Below the pieces are notes generated by a model. It saw only the letters and a program-made list of their open reading frames with translations. It did not search any database and was not told the DNA's origin. The translations under genes and the position numbers were made by a program. This document shows positions 59,216 to 64,000 of a stretch of 64,000 nt of DNA, piece after piece. Within the stretch, counting starts at the first letter, position 1. The number at the start of each line of letters is the position of its first letter. Source of the DNA: an uncultured Eubacteriales bacterium (GTDB lineage: Bacteria; Bacillota; Clostridia; Oscillospirales; CAG-272); assembly GCA_905205065.1 (NCBI GenBank), contig CAJLCI010000001.1, positions 124,690 through 188,689 on the forward strand, in the 5' to 3' direction.

Positions 59216-60286
59216 TTATTCACCGCTTTCGGTTTCCGAAACATCCGTAGCTGATATATCAACAAAATCGTAAAATGCAGACATAATAGATTCCGCAAAT
59301 TTTCTTTCTGCTTCCGGAGAAAAAAGAGCTTCTTCTCTGATCTCGGAAACCGGAATATGCATTTTCAGCTCAAGATTTCCGGAGCTTTTCATTGATCTTC
59401 CGGACGGAATACATTGCAGAGGCATGCCGCAGCTTTCAAGAATCACATCGGAAACAACGGCACTCGGTATATCGTCATATTCAAGGGCAGAAGCAAGCTC
59501 AGTCATTGATACTGCGCCTTTTGTCACTCTTCCGATTCTGTCAATCTCAGCATGCAAGGACGCGGATATTTCTCCGTCCTCACATAAGATTTCAGCATGA
59601 CAGTCTCCGTCCGAGCATTTAAGCATAAGCATTACCGCAGGAACAAAAGTGTAAATAAAACGCGCAAGCTCCCAAACCGCAACACGCCCCGACATCGTAT
59701 TAATAAGCTCTACAGAAAGCCTGTAACCGAGAATTCTGACCCGTTTAATCAAAATGTCTCGCATGCAGTCAATAAAAAACGCGGCAGGAACAGCTCGCTT
59801 TTCAAGTTTTCCGTTAAATCCCTCGCTCACATCATAAAGCATTGTATTCCGTCGAGTATAATTCCATGCCGCCGCAGGCGCCTGTATGTCGTTAAGCTCT
59901 CCCTGCGAGACAACAAATTCAGTCAAACGGCTTCCCGCGCAAAGCGAAACAGATCTTGCGTACTCAAGAAGAGCGTCGCTGACATTCCTTTGCAGTATAT
60001 TTAGGAATATAAATGCAGTTCTGCGCTCCCCGTTATAATTATAGCATCCGGCAAGCGAATTACGACACATTGAATACGTATTATCAAATACAATTATGTC
60101 ATATCTTTCTATCGTATCGCATCTCATCTGCAAATAAGAATCATATCCGACTGCAGAAAGATAACGTATAAGCGGGGTTCCTTTGCGGCATCCCGGAAGC
60201 AGCTTCTTCGCTGCCGCATTTTTGTAAATCAGTCTTCCGCCGCCGTCCGCAACAATTATCGGCGTTGCTGTTAAATCCAAATTCAT
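59216..60286 (-). CDS. Hypothetical protein with a PAS-like N-terminus and an acidic C-terminal tail
   Basis: The 356-aa ORF contains PIIVADGGGRLIYKNAAAKKLL, which resembles the start of a PAS fold. The middle region faintly resembles a degenerate GHKL fold. I recognise no confident family. Confidence 0.5.
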   Translation of the reverse strand: MNLDLTATPIIVADGGGRLIYKNAAAKKLLPGCRKGTPLIRYLSAVGYDSYLQMRCDTIERYDIIVFDNTYSMCRNSLAGCYNYNGERRTAFIFLNILQRNVSDALLEYARSVSLCAGSRLTEFVVSQGELNDIQAPAAAWNYTRRNTMLYDVSEGFNGKLEKRAVPAAFFIDCMRDILIKRVRILGYRLSVELINTMSGRVAVWELARFIYTFVPAVMLMLKCSDGDCHAEILCEDGEISASLHAEIDRIGRVTKGAVSMTELASALEYDDIPSAVVSDVILESCGMPLQCIPSGRSMKSSGNLELKMHIPVSEIREEALFSPEAERKFAESIMSAFYDFVDISATDVSETESGE

Positions 60287-60430
60287 TTTTGTTTTTCTCC
60301 GTCTTTTAATTTTGTGTTAAGCAGCATAAAAAGCAACACACTTAATAAGTGGTATATACCCGATATAAGGCGTTACTGCAGCTGACGCCGACACCGCAAA
60401 AAGCGAGTGTAAGCATCACCGGTAAAGTCA

Positions 60431-60558
60431 AACATCTTTACAGCCGAACATCTTTACAGCCGAACATCTTTGCAGCTGAACATCTTTGCAGCAAAACGTC
60501 TTTACAGTCGAACACCTTTGCAGCCGAAAGTCTATACAGCCGAAAGTCTTTTCACGCA
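60431..60558. repeat. 16-bp tandem array of 8 units (aacatctttacagccg and variants)
   Basis: The units are contiguous. The reverse complement carries a CTGTAAA core every 16 bp, like the 7950 array. Confidence 0.9.
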
Positions 60559-60821
60559 CCATCTTACAAACGGCGACATTTCGCTTTTAGTATCAGTAAA
60601 ACCAGAAAAACCGCAATCTTTTGCTGTCTGATTTGCAAGATCTCTCTTTCATCGAAACTAAACCTGCATCTTAGAGCATAAAGCTTTAAAGCATTTTACC
60701 ATAAACCAGTCATTTTTTCAATAAACACAATACAATCTTTTTCAAATAGCATGAATATTTAATTCTTGATATATACAAATAAGGTTAATTGTTACAATTT
60801 TTAAAAATTTTATCTTTTCCC

Positions 60822-60850
60822 TTGTAAAACAATTGAAAATGAGTTAAAAT
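60822..60850 (+). promoter_or_regulatory. Possible gap promoter (TTGTAA-17-TAAAAT)
   Basis: The hexamers were read directly and lie about 45 nt upstream of the gap start. Confidence 0.4.
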
Positions 60851-60896
60851 ACTTGTATATGTAAATATAAATATTTAATCCTGGAGGAACTATAAT

Positions 60897-61907
60897 ATGT
60901 CAGTTAAAGTTGCCATTAACGGTTTCGGTCGTATCGGCCGCCTTGCTTTCAGACAGATGTTTGAGGCAGAAGGATATGATGTAGTCGCAATCAACGACCT
61001 TACAAGTCCGAAAATGCTCGCACATCTTCTTAAATACGATTCAACACACGGCAGATACAATAAATCTGTAGAGGCTACAGAGGATTCTATCATTGTCGCA
61101 GGTAAGGAAATTAAGATCTATGCAGAAAAGAATGCGGCAGATCTTCCCTGGGGTAAGCTCGATGTCGATGTTGTTCTTGAATGCACAGGTTTCTATACAT
61201 CAAAGGAAAAGGCTTCCGCTCACATTCAGGCTGGCGCTAAAAAAGTTGTAATTTCCGCGCCCGCGGGAAATGATCTTCCTACAATCGTTTACAATGTAAA
61301 CCAAAACACTCTTAAGGCATCGGATACTGTCATTTCAGCAGCTTCCTGTACAACAAACTGCCTCGCGCCGATGGCAAAAGCTCTCAACGATTTCGCTCCT
61401 GTACAGAGCGGTATAATGACAACGGTTCACGCTTACACAGGCGACCAGATGCCTCTTGACGGACCGCAGAGAAAAGGCGATCTCCGCCGTTCGCGCGCAG
61501 CTGCTATCAATATCGTTCCTAACTCCACAGGCGCTGCAAAGGCTATCGGTCTTGTAATTCCTGAGCTCAACGGCAAGCTTATCGGTTCGGCTCAGCGTGT
61601 TCCGACACCCACAGGTTCGACCACAATCCTCGTCGCTGTAGTAAAAGGTAAGGACATAACCGCAGACGCTATCAATGCCGCTATGAAAGCAGCAGCTACA
61701 GAATCTTTTGAATACAATGAGGATCAGATCGTTTCATCCGACATTATCGGTTCAACAGCAGGATCTATCTTCGACGCAACCCAGACCATGGTTGCAAAGA
61801 TCGACGACGACACATACCAAGTACAGGTTGTTGCATGGTATGATAACGAAAACTCATACACCAGCCAGATGGTTCGCACAATCAAATATTTCGCAGAGCT
61901 TGCATAA
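60897..61907 (+). CDS. gap: Type I glyceraldehyde-3-phosphate dehydrogenase
   Basis: INGFGRIGR and the active site SCTTNC are present. The ORF is 336 aa. Confidence 0.97.
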   Translation: MSVKVAINGFGRIGRLAFRQMFEAEGYDVVAINDLTSPKMLAHLLKYDSTHGRYNKSVEATEDSIIVAGKEIKIYAEKNAADLPWGKLDVDVVLECTGFYTSKEKASAHIQAGAKKVVISAPAGNDLPTIVYNVNQNTLKASDTVISAASCTTNCLAPMAKALNDFAPVQSGIMTTVHAYTGDQMPLDGPQRKGDLRRSRAAAINIVPNSTGAAKAIGLVIPELNGKLIGSAQRVPTPTGSTTILVAVVKGKDITADAINAAMKAAATESFEYNEDQIVSSDIIGSTAGSIFDATQTMVAKIDDDTYQVQVVAWYDNENSYTSQMVRTIKYFAELA

Positions 61908-61925
61908 GCTCCGTCATGTCTCTTA

Positions 61926-61964
61926 CGGCAGCCGTGTGTTTTGAAAACAGCGGCTGCCTTTTTT
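61926..61964 (+). terminator. Intrinsic terminator after gap
   Basis: The stem ggcagccg/cggctgcc is followed by TTTTTTT. Confidence 0.75.
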
Positions 61965-62236
61965 GCTCCCACATCGACGGATGAAAGATAAATTCTACAC
62001 TTTTCATGCTATTTTCTATAGACTCATTTTCTGTCAATATATGTTTGATAATTTATTCATACAGAGTTTTAAAAAACGTGTTATAATAATTGAATAAGTA
62101 TATGATAATTTTCTGATTAACTACATTTTTTACGCCGCGGCTAATCTAATCACAGCTTAGCGCCTTCGTATACCGCAGTTTAGCACGAAATTCAGTCTGA
62201 AAGACGGCTTAAAAAGAAAGGTCGGTATTTAATATA

Positions 62237-63043
62237 ATGAAAACTAAATATGCATTTTTAGGGGTCGGCAATATGGCGTCGGCGATTATAAAAGGACTTA
62301 TGCTCGACGGAACAGATCCGTCCGATACTATTCTATTCGATAAGGAAAAGAGTAAAATTTCGGACTTTGCAGAAAAGGGCTTCCGTTCCGCTGAATCAGC
62401 CGAGGAAGCAATTAATTTTGCTGATTTTATCGTATTGGCAGTTCAGCCGCAAAATTTCGCTCAGCTTTTTGAAAATATACGAGGTATGAATACAGACGGA
62501 AAATGTTTTGTGTCAATAGCGGCAGGAATTTCAATAGAAAAAATTTGCAATCTGCTCGGACATGACGCGGCGGTAATACGTACAATGCCAAATGCCCCGC
62601 TTAGAATAGGCAAGGGCGTAACAGCGCTTACAAGAAACAGCCTGGTAAACGATAAAAGCTTTGCGGTAGTATGCAGGATGTTTTCTCGTATAGGTGAAAT
62701 TCTGACTCTCACAGAGGACAAAATGAACGCGGTTATAAGCGCAACGTCGAGCGCACCGGCATATGTTTATCTGTTTATCAAGTCAATTATGGACGCGGCA
62801 AAAGCAGAAGGAATTGAGCTCAGCGAGAAAGATATGAAAAACGTTATCTGCCGCATGGTTATAGGTTCTGCAGAGCTTATGATGAATTCTGATGACTCAC
62901 CGGATGCGCTGATAAAACGTGTTACAACGCCCGGAGGTACTACCGAACCCGCAGTAAAGGTTCTGAAGGAGCGCGGTATGCCCGAAATTATAGCCGAGGC
63001 AATGAGAGCGTGCGTTCAGAGAGCCGACGAACTGGGAAGATAA
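62237..63043 (+). CDS. proC: Pyrroline-5-carboxylate reductase
   Basis: FLGVGNMASAI and TTPGGTT are ProC motifs. The ORF is 268 aa. Confidence 0.92.
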   Translation: MKTKYAFLGVGNMASAIIKGLMLDGTDPSDTILFDKEKSKISDFAEKGFRSAESAEEAINFADFIVLAVQPQNFAQLFENIRGMNTDGKCFVSIAAGISIEKICNLLGHDAAVIRTMPNAPLRIGKGVTALTRNSLVNDKSFAVVCRMFSRIGEILTLTEDKMNAVISATSSAPAYVYLFIKSIMDAAKAEGIELSEKDMKNVICRMVIGSAELMMNSDDSPDALIKRVTTPGGTTEPAVKVLKERGMPEIIAEAMRACVQRADELGR

Positions 63044-63122
63044 AAACTGCATAGAAAATAATTCCGCCGAATATATATGGTATATCAACGTTACAAAAAT
63101 ACCGAAAGGAAAAAGATGTACC

Positions 63123-63710
63123 ATGATGGCAGGAGAAGAAAGATACAGGAGAATACATACAGTATTTACGGCCGCCGCCGCGCTGTTTTTTATCGCCGGA
63201 ATAATCACTGAATTTTACCTGAAAAAGACGGACATGCATGTCTCGGATTATCTCGGCAATTTCATATGGAATTTTAAGGACAGCTCCGGTTTTGAATCCT
63301 GCGCCGTATTTACCGACTTCCTTCTTGCGGTTCTGCGCGGATTATGCCGGCCGGCGCTATGCCTGATTCTTGTTTTTCTCTGCGGATTTACAGTATACGC
63401 TCCCGCGGTTGCCTTTACAGCTTCTGCATATTCGGCTTTTACGTTCGGCGCGCTTTGTACTAAACTTGCCGAAAAAGAAATCTCCTATCTGATTTTTGCC
63501 GTTATCTGTTCGTCCATACTGATAACGCTTTCAGAGCTTTGTGTATATTCCGCATATCTGGGGCGTGAGCTTGCAAGACGCTCTCCGCCGTCCGCCCGTT
63601 TGCTGACTTCCCTGCCGGAGGTAAGGGAATTATTTCGTTTAACCGGAATCGCCGCTTTTAAGCTCGCCTTTCTCATTGCCGTATATTATGCGGTAATTCC
63701 ATATTTCTGA
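63123..63710 (+). CDS. Hypothetical polytopic membrane protein
   Basis: The 195-aa ORF has 4-5 hydrophobic segments. No family was recognised with confidence, and any SpoIIM-like topology is only a guess. Confidence 0.45.
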   Translation: MMAGEERYRRIHTVFTAAAALFFIAGIITEFYLKKTDMHVSDYLGNFIWNFKDSSGFESCAVFTDFLLAVLRGLCRPALCLILVFLCGFTVYAPAVAFTASAYSAFTFGALCTKLAEKEISYLIFAVICSSILITLSELCVYSAYLGRELARRSPPSARLLTSLPEVRELFRLTGIAAFKLAFLIAVYYAVIPYF

Positions 63711-63738
63711 AAGCGCCTGAAAAGAAAGGAATTTATAA

Positions 63739-64000
63739 ATGTCAAAATATCATGACGCCATGAAAAAGCTGTTCGATACACAGCGTGAAGGCAAGGGTGT
63801 CGAAAAGGGACCGAAAGCTCCTCAGAATTTTACAGGATTCTTTAAATATTTTAAGATGCACCTAAACGATATTTTCAAGGTGAATCTTATTCTTCTGTTC
63901 GGCAATTTCCCGATTTTTTTTGCTATTTACGCGCTAACGGGAAATCTGAACCGTGTTTCAACATCGCCGATTTCACCGATATTTCCTCAACTTCACGGCG
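63739..64000 (+). CDS. Partial CDS (5' end) of a DUF624/YesL-like membrane protein
   Basis: The ATG follows AAAGGAA. The frame stays open to the window end (MSKYHDAMKKLFDTQREGKG...NLILLFGNFPIFFAIYALTG). Confidence 0.45.
   Translation, partial: MSKYHDAMKKLFDTQREGKGVEKGPKAPQNFTGFFKYFKMHLNDIFKVNLILLFGNFPIFFAIYALTGNLNRVSTSPISPIFPQLHG

Noticed and set aside
57893-60558. CRISPR array hypothesis for the 19-bp, 21-bp and 16-bp arrays, and for those at 2389, 7950 and 22877
   Set aside because: The units are contiguous with no unique spacers between them, and they are shorter than CRISPR repeats. No cas genes or leader occur in the window.
60431-60558. Spo0A-box array (TGNCGAA) in the 16-bp repeats
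   Set aside because: The repeat units contain AGCCGAA or AGTCGAA, which miss the invariant first T of the 0A box. The resemblance is too weak to claim.
1-64000. Mobile genetic elements, prophage or defence island
   Set aside because: No transposase, integrase, recombinase, phage structural, restriction-modification, toxin-antitoxin or cas-like ORFs were recognised. No long inverted terminal repeats were seen. The unusual content is non-coding repeats only.

Overview
This window looks like chromosomal DNA from a low-GC Gram-positive anaerobe, probably a sporulating member of the Clostridia. The organism call rests on a SipL/SpoVID-like gene, abrB, a KOW gene between map and infA, and a Zn-type S14. 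The core of the window is a complete S10-spc-alpha ribosomal cluster on the minus strand (rpsJ at 51988 down to rplQ at 35206). It includes secY, adk, map, infA, rpmJ and rpoA. rpmJ and the true 5' end of infA are not in the ORF track and were read by hand. Flanking genes are housekeeping or accessory metabolism. They include rpsO, cysE-cysS, a B12-binding radical SAM gene followed by an untracked 57-aa ferredoxin, a PyrR attenuator with pyrR and a uracil permease, a CDA-like gene, mtlD, punA, two FGGY-kinase sugar loci, dusB, abrB, an M23 peptidase, gap and proC. I saw no tRNA, rRNA, CRISPR array, transposase, integrase or recognisable defence genes. The unusual content is non-coding: (i) A 2.3-kb ORF-free block (56.9-59.2 kb) is built from three decayed direct copies of a ~0.85-1.1 kb unit. 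Its stem changes are compensated, it carries GNRA hairpins, and its first ~420 nt are bounded by a consensus promoter and a strong terminator. (ii) A ~100-nt GC-rich element is dispersed across at least 7 intergenic sites. (iii) Many unrelated 14-21 bp tandem arrays sit in intergenic DNA. (iv) Three abnormally long structured spacers lie inside the ribosomal operon. All of this was read by eye. No searches or folding programs were run.
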